Below, one piece after another: positions 46,151 through 55,561 of a DNA stretch of 64,000 nt. A model generated the notes under the pieces. That model saw nothing but the letters and a program-made list of their open reading frames with translations, had not been told where the DNA came from and made no database searches. This DNA is from an uncultured Candidatus Saccharibacteria bacterium. GTDB lineage: Bacteria > Patescibacteriota > Saccharimonadia > CAILAD01 > BJGX01. Position 1 is the stretch's first letter, and each line of letters starts with the position of its first letter. The stretch is taken from contig CAZSVP010000003.1 in assembly GCA_964610335.1 (NCBI GenBank), forward strand, positions 13,531-77,530, read 5' to 3'. The translations under genes and the position numbers were made by a program.

Positions 46151-46849
46151 ATGACCGAAATCGCTACAAACAAGGATGGCTTCGTTCACAATCGGGTGGT
46201 TCCTGCCATCTGGATCGTGGCTGTGAGCCTGGTGATCATTGCGTTGCCCTGGCAACTCAGCCTGGCTGGTCTGGTGCTGGTGGCTGTGGTGGCTGGCGTG
46301 GAGCTGTGGCGCCTGGTAATCCGACTACGCAACCCATCGAAGTGGGTGGTACGGGTGCCGGTAGCAGTGCAGTGGGCATTGCTTGCTCAGTTTCCGCTCA
46401 CACTAGGTGCTGTGCGCTACCACGCCGGTGCTGGCATGATGGCACTGGTGGTGTTCACCATCTTCCTGTGCGACGTGTCGGCCTTCATCGGTGGCAACAA
46501 GCTGCGTCTCGGCGAGCACAAGATCGCCCCAAAGATCAGCCCCGGCAAGAGCTACGAGGGTGTGGTGCTGGCCTGCGTGTTTGGGCTCATCACTGCCTTC
46601 TTGGTGTGCTGGGTGTGTGGAGTGGACATCAGCACTTCCAAACTGGTGCCATTCGCGCTCAGCCTGGTGCTGGTCGGCGTAGTCGGCGACTTCAACGAGA
46701 GTTGGGTCAAGCGCCAGTCGGGTGAGGATGGCGAGACCAAGGATTCCAGCCACTTGCTGCGCGGCCACGGTGGCATGCTCGATCGGATCGACTCACTGCT
46801 GCCCGCCAGCCTGCTGGCCGCAATCTTGGTGTGGCAAGGCTTGGTCTAG
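46151..46849 (+). CDS. cdsA: Phosphatidate cytidylyltransferase
   Basis: DVSAFIGG..HKIAPKISPGKSYEG, GDFNESWVKR..KDSSHLLRGHGGMLDRIDS. Confidence 0.93.
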   Translation: MTEIATNKDGFVHNRVVPAIWIVAVSLVIIALPWQLSLAGLVLVAVVAGVELWRLVIRLRNPSKWVVRVPVAVQWALLAQFPLTLGAVRYHAGAGMMALVVFTIFLCDVSAFIGGNKLRLGEHKIAPKISPGKSYEGVVLACVFGLITAFLVCWVCGVDISTSKLVPFALSLVLVGVVGDFNESWVKRQSGEDGETKDSSHLLRGHGGMLDRIDSLLPASLLAAILVWQGLV

Positions 46850-46882
46850 CAAGAAGCCTCAGAAGTAAAAAGCGTTTTGTGC

Positions 46883-46922
46883 GCAGCCCGAAGCTATTCA
46901 TAGCTTTGGGCTGTTGCATTTT
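46883..46922 (+). terminator. Intrinsic terminator
   Basis: GCAGCCCGAAGCTA-TTCA-TAGCTTTGGGCTGT followed by a T-rich tail. Confidence 0.7.
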
Positions 46923-46975
46923 AGTGCAATTGATTGGTGTATGATGGAGTGAGTATTAATACAAGGGAATTAATT

Positions 46976-47356
46976 ATGAACTTATCGACCGCAGATATCA
47001 GCGCTACTGTAGCAACTAGTGATTTGAGCCGAGCCAAACAATTCTATGGCGATACGCTGGGGCTTAAGCAAGCCGAGGAGAATCAGGCCGGGGTGGGCTA
47101 TCGCGGTGCTACAGGGCTAGTATTTGTATACCAATCCGACACCGCCGGCAGTGGCAAGGCTACAGCTGCCAACTTCAATGTTACTGACATAGCTGCTGTG
47201 GCAGCTGAGCTTAAGAGTAAGGGTGTGGAGTTTGAACACTACGACATCCCAGATCTTAAGTGGGAGGGTGATGTAGCTGTAATGGGGCCTATGAAAATGG
47301 CTTGGCTAAAAGACCCAGATGGTAACATCCTCGGCATCACGCAGATGTCTCAATAG
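46976..47356 (+). CDS. VOC/glyoxalase family protein
   Basis: SDLSRAKQFYGDTLGL, ELKSKGVEFE, AWLKDPDGNIL. Confidence 0.9.
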   Translation: MNLSTADISATVATSDLSRAKQFYGDTLGLKQAEENQAGVGYRGATGLVFVYQSDTAGSGKATAANFNVTDIAAVAAELKSKGVEFEHYDIPDLKWEGDVAVMGPMKMAWLKDPDGNILGITQMSQ

Positions 47357-47429
47357 TGCAATAGCCACTCCATGGCAGGTTTGTAAATACTATGCAAACT
47401 ACTTATACTTGAGTTAACCAAGAAGCAAT

Positions 47430-49136
47430 ATGGCTGCATCAAGCAAACCAAGATCCAATACCTCAAAAAAACCCACTAAGGGTGCTGGTTTTCAGTTTCG
47501 ATGGTGGATGGTGGCGGTACTAGTAGCCGCAGTAGCAGTTATTGGCATAGTGGTTATACGGTTTAGTCGAGCTGGTATAGACTCGGTGATTCTTAGAAAT
47601 CCCTATGAGGCTCACAACTATGGGGCAGCTGCGTTGCAAGAAGGCAACACACATCACTTCTTCTGGTGTGGTTGGAACACTTACCTCGATGCTGAGGGCA
47701 AGCCACAACAAGAAGAAGTGGTCTATTATCAAAGCCAAAATGGATTTAAAGGGCAGACTACCCAGGCTTATCCTACTATTAGCTCACGCAAAAAAAGTGG
47801 TGGCTGGGAAAACGGCTCTCACATGTGCGACCCCACAATTGTAATAGGTAGGTTTAACTATAAACAGAACACCTATAAGTATGCCTTGTACTACGATAGC
47901 GACCCCGATAACTCATCGAGACGTACCAAGATCGGGGTGGCGTTTACCAACGCTCTTTCTCCGGACCCTAATCATCCTACGCAATGGACGTTTGTAGATC
48001 ATCCAATAGTTTGCGAGTATGGCCCCAACAAGGACTTTTATGGAGTTGGCACTAGTAGCGCTATTGTTGACCCTAAAGATCCAAGTAAGGTGCAATTATT
48101 CTTTGTCGATACCTCTCATACATCTCCCAGCCTGCCCAACGATAAGCGATCTCAGGGCTTTGTGGTGACTGGCACAAATGGCTATGATTTTGGGTGGTCG
48201 GGCAATTGCCAGCTGTCTCCTAGCGCACCAAAGCCTAAAGCCATAAATACCAACAACCTAAATACCACTGCCTATGGCGACTTTAGCTATGACAAACAGA
48301 ACAATTGGTACTATGGTGTAATAGCCGATGGTGGTGCCATCCGCCAACCAATTCGTGGTGAGGGCGACCCACCTCTAGACCAAGGATTCTACTCTGAGTC
48401 TTATCAACAAATAATAGCTCGCATTCGCCCCGAGGCCTTGGTGGACTCTACCAAGGGTGGCTGGCAGATATTGGGTCATTATAACTCCGATTCCACCAAG
48501 AGTGCGCTCAACTTCAACCCGGGAATTTTACGCAATCCAAGTGGGTACTTGGACAACGAGGTAGCACCACTAATCGATGGTGTGCGAGAACTGTATATAT
48601 GGAATACCCAAATAGTACCAACTAACTTGGCCAGTGGCAGCGAAGATGCCAGCAATGATAGTGGTTTGCAAACCAGTGAGATCAGGCATACCAAGATCAA
48701 GCTGTATGTCTGGACTCCGGGGCGAGTACCGTTGGTAAGATACCTCGATACTACGACCGGTGAGCACGCTACTACCGAGAATGTTAAGCCAAAAGCCACC
48801 TACAAGTATGACAATCAGATCTTCTATGTATTGCCAGATCCCAATGGCATGACTGGCTGGCAGCCAATCTACTCGTGTGTTACAAGTGGTCCGTATGATT
48901 ACTTTCTCTCTACTCATGCCAACTGCGATGGGCATTTGCAACTAGGGCTTGTAGGCTATAGCTTTACTGGAGCTAATCCGCCCAACCTACCGGGGCGTTG
49001 GGTAAGACTCTACCGTTGCTGGTCAATAAACGGTAGTGGTGTAGGCGAAAACTTCATGACAAGCAGCCCACAGTGTGAGGGTAATACAAACCCAGTAGAT
49101 GCATCGTACGGCTGGGTATCTCTGGACCAAAAGTAA
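47430..49136 (+). CDS. Exported protein, leader family member 4; glycoside hydrolase-like beta-propeller plus Cys-containing C-terminal repeat domain
   Basis: GFQFRWWM..RFSRA leader; WE..HMCDPTIV..YALYY..IGVAF (GH43/32-like blade); PLVRY..H, PIYSC..DYFLS..C, LYRC repeats. Confidence 0.75.
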   Translation: MAASSKPRSNTSKKPTKGAGFQFRWWMVAVLVAAVAVIGIVVIRFSRAGIDSVILRNPYEAHNYGAAALQEGNTHHFFWCGWNTYLDAEGKPQQEEVVYYQSQNGFKGQTTQAYPTISSRKKSGGWENGSHMCDPTIVIGRFNYKQNTYKYALYYDSDPDNSSRRTKIGVAFTNALSPDPNHPTQWTFVDHPIVCEYGPNKDFYGVGTSSAIVDPKDPSKVQLFFVDTSHTSPSLPNDKRSQGFVVTGTNGYDFGWSGNCQLSPSAPKPKAINTNNLNTTAYGDFSYDKQNNWYYGVIADGGAIRQPIRGEGDPPLDQGFYSESYQQIIARIRPEALVDSTKGGWQILGHYNSDSTKSALNFNPGILRNPSGYLDNEVAPLIDGVRELYIWNTQIVPTNLASGSEDASNDSGLQTSEIRHTKIKLYVWTPGRVPLVRYLDTTTGEHATTENVKPKATYKYDNQIFYVLPDPNGMTGWQPIYSCVTSGPYDYFLSTHANCDGHLQLGLVGYSFTGANPPNLPGRWVRLYRCWSINGSGVGENFMTSSPQCEGNTNPVDASYGWVSLDQK

Positions 49137-49438
49137 TGGCTAACGTTATGAAAAGATATCATGGATTTGTTATGACTAGCTTGAAGTCGTTTGGTAAGTA
49201 CCCATACAGGGCATTTGGTTGGTTTGAGCTCGACGACGATAAGTTGCGCTACTGGCAGTTTATGGGCGAAAAGGGTGAGGTGGTTTACAAAGATATCACT
49301 GGTTTTACGCTACATTGGCAAACGGTGTATCTCAAACAAGCAGGTAAGCAAGAACTATTGGGGTTCGGTAGTACTATCAACAAGAATAAGGTTATAGCAG
49401 ATCTTATTGACCATGGTGTCAAACAGCTGCAGGAGTGA
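49136..49438 (+). CDS. Small hypothetical protein, translationally coupled to the upstream gene
   Basis: TAATG stop/start overlap; composition suggests a beta-rich fold. Confidence 0.6.
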   Translation: MANVMKRYHGFVMTSLKSFGKYPYRAFGWFELDDDKLRYWQFMGEKGEVVYKDITGFTLHWQTVYLKQAGKQELLGFGSTINKNKVIADLIDHGVKQLQE

Positions 49439-49542
49439 GTCAGATCAAGCCAGGTATCCAAATATATGTTGAATAGCTAGCTTGAGCTGCGGCTCCGGGG
49501 TGTAGTGCCCGGAGCCGCTGGCTCTTCGAAGCGGATGCCTCA

Positions 49543-50361
49543 CTAGACGCGACGGCCATCGTCCTCGTCTTCGTCGGGGTCGAAGTCGTCGTGGTCGGCC
49601 AGACGGGGCGTGAGCGGTGGCACGGTGTCCGACAGTGGCGGCATGACGTACTCGTGAGCTCCGAGAGTGCCATCGACTGGCCCGGCCAGATCGTCGGCGT
49701 TGGTCCCCGGAAGCTCATCGATGTCGAGCAGCACCAGCTGGTCGCCTTCATCGGCCAGCTCGTCGAGCGAGATGACCTCGCTGATGTCTGGCACGGTCAT
49801 GGCGCTCAGCAGGTCCTCGCGCGGCGTGTTCTGGTTGCAGCGCCACTTGTGGTCGGGGTGCTGCTCCTTCCACAACTTGAGCGCGGCGCAGACCTCGGCG
49901 TTGAAGTCGGCCGCGAAGCAGGCCGCCAGCCGGCGGTCGTCGATCTCGCTCTGGGCGCTGGCACCGACGATGGTGCCATCGAGCTCGGCGCTGTGGCCGT
50001 AGAGAAAGCAGCCGTCGGACTGGCGGTGCATCTGCACGTAGGCGCTGATGCCGCAGTCCTGGCCCAGGTTGTGGTGATCGACTGCCTTGGCGAGAGCGTT
50101 GAGGATGTAGCTGTGCCCCTCGGGGCCGATGGCCACGTAGGCCAGCACGGCCTCCACACCCGGCAGCCAGGGCACCGTCGGATCCATCAGCACCAGCCCG
50201 AGGCTGGGGCGCTTGAACGCGGGCAGATCGCTCTGCAGCCGGTGCTCCAGCTTGGCGGAGATGGTCACGAGCAGGGCCCGCAGCACGGGGGTCGGGATGG
50301 TGTGGCTGTAGGGATCGCGAACGATCTTCACGTCCACCTGTGGAGCTTGGGGCTCGGTCAT
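49543..50361 (-). CDS. High-GC hypothetical protein (possibly GlcG/heme-binding-like fold) with an acidic tail
   Basis: Very strong GC3 bias; AAGGAAG SD; GTIVGASAQSEIDD resembles the GlcG-type C-terminal motif. Confidence 0.65.
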   Translation of the reverse strand: MTEPQAPQVDVKIVRDPYSHTIPTPVLRALLVTISAKLEHRLQSDLPAFKRPSLGLVLMDPTVPWLPGVEAVLAYVAIGPEGHSYILNALAKAVDHHNLGQDCGISAYVQMHRQSDGCFLYGHSAELDGTIVGASAQSEIDDRRLAACFAADFNAEVCAALKLWKEQHPDHKWRCNQNTPREDLLSAMTVPDISEVISLDELADEGDQLVLLDIDELPGTNADDLAGPVDGTLGAHEYVMPPLSDTVPPLTPRLADHDDFDPDEDEDDGRRV

Positions 50362-50545
50362 GGGGCTTCCTTTTTTCGAAGAGCTGTACGGAGTCCTGCC
50401 GTACCAGGTCGCGATACTATGCGATCGCTGTATAATACAATAAATCAACGATATAGTCAATGATATTGTCGCCATCGCTTTGACCATTACTGCCGGTTGG
50501 ACTATAGTAAGGTCATAAAAGTATCGTAATAGAAAGTGAGGCTAT

Positions 50546-50746
50546 ATGTTTTTTGATGGTAGTATTATGTCATTATTCTTCTGGTTAATCTGGTTGGTTA
50601 TCTGGGTGGCAATTGCCTTCTGGCCAGCTCGCGTAGCGGCACGCAAGGGGCACAGCTTTGTGCTGTTCTTCATCTTTAGCTTGTTCTTCTTCCCATTGGC
50701 ACTATTGGTCGCCTACTTGGTCAAGCCCAAGACAATGGCATCTTAG
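50546..50746 (+). CDS. Small membrane protein
   Basis: Two TM segments around PARVAARKGHSF. Confidence 0.75.
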   Translation: MFFDGSIMSLFFWLIWLVIWVAIAFWPARVAARKGHSFVLFFIFSLFFFPLALLVAYLVKPKTMAS

Positions 50747-50788
50747 TTTTTTGCTAACTGGCTACAAAACTGTTACACTGTCTGCATT

Positions 50789-50885
50789 ATGAATATGCAG
50801 GCTACATCAACTCTTTGTGGGAGCGTGATCGCGACTGAGCGGCCTGTATTTACTATCTCCAAAAAGACCCGTTAAGGGTCTTTTT
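50789..50885 (+). promoter_or_regulatory. Candidate leader peptide (28 aa) plus terminator (attenuator)
   Basis: uORF at 50789-50875 whose stop codon lies in the loop of AAAAAGACCC-GTTAA-GGGTCTTTTT. Confidence 0.55.
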
Positions 50886-50939
50886 AGTTACATTTATCTA
50901 TAGATTTAAAAGAGCATTAGTTAACTTATAGGAGATATT

Positions 50940-51596
50940 ATGTTACAAGAAATATTGCCAGGTATGCTGGCGAACACTGAGATGTTTATACTCGATCAGG
51001 CTGATATAACTGAGCAAGATGCTCACAAAAACTACTTTGCCTACGCCAATCATAACGACCCTGAGTTACGCGACAAATTTCATAGGGAGGCATTACGTCA
51101 TAGTGGGCAGCGCTACTTGTTTGGCCGCTATCTGGAAGATCGTAGCTTCTTCTTGGCTGGATCACACATAGCGCGCCAGGGCCGCACATTGCATCTGGGA
51201 ATTGATCTATTCAGTATCGATCAAGAGGTGGTGTCGGCACCATGTGATGGTGAGATAGTAGTAAGTGCCAAAGAAGCCGGTGCACATGGCTATGGTAACT
51301 ATCTGATACTGCGACCAGACGACGCCGCGCTGCCATACATCTTCATGGGCCACTTGGCCGACGACAAAATTGGATTGGGCAGGGTAACGGCTGGGCAGAC
51401 AATAGCTCGACTTGGTCACTGGGACAACTATGAAAATGGTGGTTGGAGCATCCATTTACATCTACAGTTACTGCGAGAGTTGCCATCGTCAGGCGAGGCG
51501 CCGATTGGCTATACGTCGCGGCGCGAGTTGGCAGCCAATCGCATCAACTTTCCAGACCCGGTTAGTCTATATCCAGGCTGGGAGGTTAAGCGCTAG
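50940..51596 (+). CDS. M23-family metalloendopeptidase
   Basis: HLGIDL, YGNYLIL, GHL, ENGGWSIHLHLQ. Confidence 0.88.
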   Translation: MLQEILPGMLANTEMFILDQADITEQDAHKNYFAYANHNDPELRDKFHREALRHSGQRYLFGRYLEDRSFFLAGSHIARQGRTLHLGIDLFSIDQEVVSAPCDGEIVVSAKEAGAHGYGNYLILRPDDAALPYIFMGHLADDKIGLGRVTAGQTIARLGHWDNYENGGWSIHLHLQLLRELPSSGEAPIGYTSRRELAANRINFPDPVSLYPGWEVKR

Positions 51597-52387
51597 ATAG
51601 TGGTAGATTCTAAACCAGCAAATGGCTGTTTGGCGGCCATGTCATCAATGGTAGCTTCGAGCAACTGACGGGCTACATCGACAGCTGGGCCACTAGTAGG
51701 AGCATGAAACCATTTGAGTCCTGGTGAGTTGTTGACCTCGAGAACCCAGGCTCTGTCAGTGGCGTCGATCATAAAGTCGACAGCGGCAAGACCAAGCCCG
51801 AAGATGTGGGCGATCTGGATAGCCATAGCTTGTAGGGCTGGGTCCCAGCTTTCGGGGGCAAATGAGTGACGCTCAAGCTGACGGTCGTAGGCCACAGAGT
51901 CGCCGTAGACGCTTTCTTGTACCGCAATCACTTTGCCGCGCAACACCAAGTAACGCATCTCACGACCAGGTGTGTACTTTTCGAATATGTATTTGGGGTA
52001 TTTGAGCTCACAAAGTTCGTGTCGATCTGTGATGTGGTGGATGTCGTGACTACCCATACCGCGTTTGGGTTTGGCTATGATGTCGCGGTGAATGGCAAAA
52101 AACACTTCGGCTTCAGCAAGATTGAGCGGTAGGGCAAAGTCGATGTTGGGTAAGCTGTTGCGCTCTAGAATCAGCCTAGTAAAGTATTTGTCGCGTGATT
52201 GGATGATGGCTAGGTGGGAATTGAGGTGACTCTGAGCATGGTCGAAAAACAATTCACCGTGTGGAGTCTGTGCCACAAAGATCTTCTGGTAGTCGAGCCA
52301 CTCTGGCTGCAAGCCCATGTCTTGGGCGGCCATATACAATAATTCAGGAGCGTAAAGTTTGGGTTTGTTAGGTTTCGGAGCAATCAT
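51593..52387 (-). CDS. ATP-grasp ligase (RimK/cyanophycin-synthetase-like)
   Basis: DKYFTR, IAKPKRGMGS, FEKY..EMRYLV, AVDFM..VLEVNNSPG. Confidence 0.85.
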   Translation of the reverse strand: MIAPKPNKPKLYAPELLYMAAQDMGLQPEWLDYQKIFVAQTPHGELFFDHAQSHLNSHLAIIQSRDKYFTRLILERNSLPNIDFALPLNLAEAEVFFAIHRDIIAKPKRGMGSHDIHHITDRHELCELKYPKYIFEKYTPGREMRYLVLRGKVIAVQESVYGDSVAYDRQLERHSFAPESWDPALQAMAIQIAHIFGLGLAAVDFMIDATDRAWVLEVNNSPGLKWFHAPTSGPAVDVARQLLEATIDDMAAKQPFAGLESTTI

Positions 52388-52521
52388 AATAAGCTACCAT
52401 TTCTGTTGTCGGCAGCATTGTGAGAGCTTCGACGTCGGTTAGTTTAAGTCTATTATACACCAGATCGCAACAGATAGCGAACCAATATCGACTTGGTGGC
52501 TTATTTGCTACAATAGCAGCC

Positions 52522-54042
52522 ATGGCTATGCAACTCAGCAAATCCGACTACATGATGTATCTCAAACAGCCGGCTTGGTTGTGGCTCAAGAAGCACGACA
52601 AGACTAAGTTGCCCGAGCCCGATGCCAACTTGCAGGGCATGTTCGACGAGGGCAACTTGTTTGAGTCTATCGTGGAACAGCGCTTTGTAGGCTTGCGCCG
52701 ACTTGGGTTTGAGAGCTATCAAGAATATTTGAGTTTGCCCAAGCGGACAGCCGAGGCAATTGCTCAGGGTGAGCGGCTGATATCGCAGGGCCGGTTTGAA
52801 CATGAGCAGCTCACCTGTATCTGTGATGTCGTAGCAGTGGTGGGCGAGCACCAGTTGGAACTAATTGAGATCAAGGGCAGCACCAAGGTCAAGCCTGAGC
52901 ATCTCGACGACCTGGCCTTTCAGGCTGTGGTGCTAGAAGGAGCTGGCTTTGAAGTGCTAAAGTGCAGTGTGGTGTACTGCAACAACCAATATGTTCGCCA
53001 CGGCGAGATCGAAGCCGACAAGATAGCGATTGAGAAGGATGTGACTGAGCATGTACTCAACAAGCGCGAGGCGACGCGGCGCGAGATCGACAAGGCCCTC
53101 AAGGTCATGGCAAGCAGTACTATGCCCGATCCATCACCAGCCCGAGCCCGCGGCGGCGGCTTTCGTGAATGGCTGGAGATATATCTGAGTCTCAATCAGC
53201 CTGAGGGTGATCATCATATCTATCAGATCTGCCGACCCAATGCCCAGTTGCTGGCCGAGCTGGAAAGTCGTGGTATCAACGCAATTGCTGATATCCCCGA
53301 CGACCTCGAGCTCCATCCGGCTCAGGCGCGCCAAGTACAAGTCACCAAACTGGGTCAGCCAGTGGTACATCAGGCCAAGATTGAGAAGTTTCTCAATGGC
53401 TTTGAGTATCCGCTATACTTTCTCGACTACGAAACCCTGGCTTCGGTGATACCGCCATTTGATGGTTTGCGACCTTATCAGCAGTTACCGTTTCAATACT
53501 CTCTACACATACTCGAAGCTCCAGGCGCTGATCTACAACATCGTGAGTATCTGCACGAAGAGTCTGACAACCCAGCCCCGGCACTGCTTGCGCAGCTCAG
53601 CGGCGACATCGGCCCACGTGGGAGTGTGGTGGTATGGTCGGCTAGTTTTGAAAAGGGCTGCAATGAGCTGATGGCACAACTATGGCCCGAACATGCTGAG
53701 TTTTTGGAACAACTAAACGCCCGGGTGGTGGACCTTATGGATCCGTTTATGCGTGGCTGGTATGCAGACTGTAACTTCTATGGCAGCGCTAGTATTAAGA
53801 AGGTGTTGCCCGTGTTGGCACCAGAATTGAGCTACAAGGAGCTCGGCATTCAAGAGGGCGCTAGCGCCCAGCGCCGCTGGATGCAAACAGTACTCGGAGG
53901 CGCCAGCGACGGCAAGTCACAGCTCATGTCTGAGCTGCGTGAATACTGTGCCCTCGACACTCTAGCGATGGTAAAGATCTATCAGTACTTGCAATCACTT
54001 GGCAAGGGTACTGGTACCAAAGAGCAACTAAGCTTGTTTTAG
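52522..54042 (+). CDS. DUF2779-type protein (RecB-like nuclease + RNase H-like domain)
   Basis: LSKSDY..WL, CDVV..LIEIKGST, YPLYFLDYET..PYQQLPFQYSLH, SIKKVLP, YCALDT. Confidence 0.85.
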   Translation: MAMQLSKSDYMMYLKQPAWLWLKKHDKTKLPEPDANLQGMFDEGNLFESIVEQRFVGLRRLGFESYQEYLSLPKRTAEAIAQGERLISQGRFEHEQLTCICDVVAVVGEHQLELIEIKGSTKVKPEHLDDLAFQAVVLEGAGFEVLKCSVVYCNNQYVRHGEIEADKIAIEKDVTEHVLNKREATRREIDKALKVMASSTMPDPSPARARGGGFREWLEIYLSLNQPEGDHHIYQICRPNAQLLAELESRGINAIADIPDDLELHPAQARQVQVTKLGQPVVHQAKIEKFLNGFEYPLYFLDYETLASVIPPFDGLRPYQQLPFQYSLHILEAPGADLQHREYLHEESDNPAPALLAQLSGDIGPRGSVVVWSASFEKGCNELMAQLWPEHAEFLEQLNARVVDLMDPFMRGWYADCNFYGSASIKKVLPVLAPELSYKELGIQEGASAQRRWMQTVLGGASDGKSQLMSELREYCALDTLAMVKIYQYLQSLGKGTGTKEQLSLF

Positions 54043-54064
54043 AAAGGACTACTATTCTAAAGCC

Positions 54065-54568
54065 ATGAGCCGATTCATCCATGTTCACGACAAATTTCAA
54101 GATTACACTTTTGAATTGACTGCCCCAGAGGGTAAGGATTTTGCCACCAACTTTAAACCTCAGCTTACTCCCAAACAAATGCTTGAGCTGGGAGTGTTTG
54201 GGGGTGGATACTTTGCTGATAGACCAAGCGACTTGCCAAACAGCTGGTACACAAAAGCAAAGTTAAGTAGTGTTTACTCAGAGCAGCTGAATTATTTCGG
54301 GGTTCGAGCCAGTCAGCCGCGGAGCGTGTGGTTGAAAAACGGCTGGATTCGTGAAGAGTATGATCCGCGCGGTTGGTTTCAGTGGTACTGCCGTTACTAT
54401 CTGGGCCGTCGGATTGAAGATTACGATGCTTGGCAGATCAAACGGTGGCGCGGGATTGCGCGCCATGTTGCCCAGCTGCAGCGCGCCTGTCCGATTGGTG
54501 AGCTCAATTGCCGTCCGGTACAACGACAGGCCTTACTACATTGGGCCTATGACAGTCGCAAGCTTTAG
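54065..54568 (+). CDS. Conserved hypothetical protein
   Basis: FKPQLTPKQMLELGVFGG, DPRGWFQWYCRYYLGRR, RQALLHWAYD. Confidence 0.85.
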   Translation: MSRFIHVHDKFQDYTFELTAPEGKDFATNFKPQLTPKQMLELGVFGGGYFADRPSDLPNSWYTKAKLSSVYSEQLNYFGVRASQPRSVWLKNGWIREEYDPRGWFQWYCRYYLGRRIEDYDAWQIKRWRGIARHVAQLQRACPIGELNCRPVQRQALLHWAYDSRKL

Positions 54569-54609
54569 CCGCGATTGAAATCACTGCTCATAATGGTTAT
54601 GATTGACTG

Positions 54610-55329
54610 ATGAAGGCCATACTGCGTGTTCGTTTGTCGGCAATATTTGTGTTATTGACAGTAGTGTTCTTCGGTTTACTTAGCATAATACCAAAAACGC
54701 CGCTGGCCGCCGGTGCGCTTACTCTATTTACTGTTAACTCTTTTTTGCTAGGCTTTTATATCGCCCCTATCTTGGCGGCTCAAAAACTTCGTATTGACGA
54801 CATCAACCGCATCACCCATGCTGAAGCCTTGGCACTATATAAAATTGTGCTTGGCGCTCGAGAGTTGTCCAAGGCACAATACCATCATTTCAAGCAGCAG
54901 ATGACTACATATATCAAGGCCCGTATCAATGATCGAAACCCTCTATCGGGCGAGGATCAATACGAGGATATGGTGAGTTACTGCCTGGACTATGAAGGCC
55001 GTGATGTTAAAGTAATAGAAACAATCCAGACTGGCTTAATAGATAACCAAGTCAATCGTAGTGCCCTCAACGCCGCCTTTCGCAACCATGTCTACCAGCA
55101 TGAGTGGGTGGTAATACTTATTCTCTATAGTGTAACGATGTTCTTTGTGCTGCAGATCGACTTTGGCAAAGCCTTGAGCCTACGACTGATCGCATCGCTG
55201 CTAGCCGCTGGTGTGACGCTAATACTGTTTATATTGGCGAAGCTCAGTACGCTTACCCACAAGAAAGCCAAATACATCTACGAGAGTTATCAAAAGCTAA
55301 TTGCTACCGACTACCGCCGCGTCGACTAG
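54610..55329 (+). CDS. Hypothetical membrane protein (4 TM)
   Basis: Two TM pairs flank a soluble helical region. Confidence 0.75.
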   Translation: MKAILRVRLSAIFVLLTVVFFGLLSIIPKTPLAAGALTLFTVNSFLLGFYIAPILAAQKLRIDDINRITHAEALALYKIVLGARELSKAQYHHFKQQMTTYIKARINDRNPLSGEDQYEDMVSYCLDYEGRDVKVIETIQTGLIDNQVNRSALNAAFRNHVYQHEWVVILILYSVTMFFVLQIDFGKALSLRLIASLLAAGVTLILFILAKLSTLTHKKAKYIYESYQKLIATDYRRVD

Positions 55330-55334
55330 TCTTA

Positions 55335-55540
55335 ACTCCGGCCCAAAGCCTTTCTGTCCCAACCACTTGAGAAGTCAAGAAAGTGAATTGAGCAGTGGCG
55401 CTACTATCCGAGGACTGTTCGAACCCGAAGCAAAGCTTCGAGTGAGTTCCGCAGGATTGTAAGCTATTGAACAATGAATGTTTCTTGATTTGGAGCGTGG
55501 TCAAGGACTTTGCTTCTTTGGTCCGTCAAAGAAGGGGAAA
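55335..55540. repeat. Palindromic intergenic element, copy B (inverted relative to copy C)
   Basis: CGAGGACTGTTCGAA (55409-55423) and AGTTCCGCAG (55445-55454) are exact reverse complements of 60952-60966 and 60921-60930. Terminal CTTCTTTG..CAAAGAAG hairpin. Confidence 0.7.
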
Positions 55541-55561
55541 ACTTTGCTATAATACAAGATT

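Noticed and set aside
46117-46725. 202-aa alternative-frame ORF
   Set aside because: Out-of-frame shadow of cdsA in GC-rich sequence.
49591-50463. 290-aa plus-strand ORF
   Set aside because: Antisense shadow of the high-GC minus-strand gene, which has the SD and the codon bias.
50815-50845. ZTP (pfl) riboswitch
   Set aside because: GGGAGCG and CGACTG occur in the wrong order and the 3' GCCTGGGC stem is absent.
50789-52387. Graspetide RiPP cluster (uORF as precursor for the ATP-grasp ligase)
   Set aside because: The peptide has one acidic residue, no recognisable leader or core repeats, and lies on the opposite strand from the ligase.
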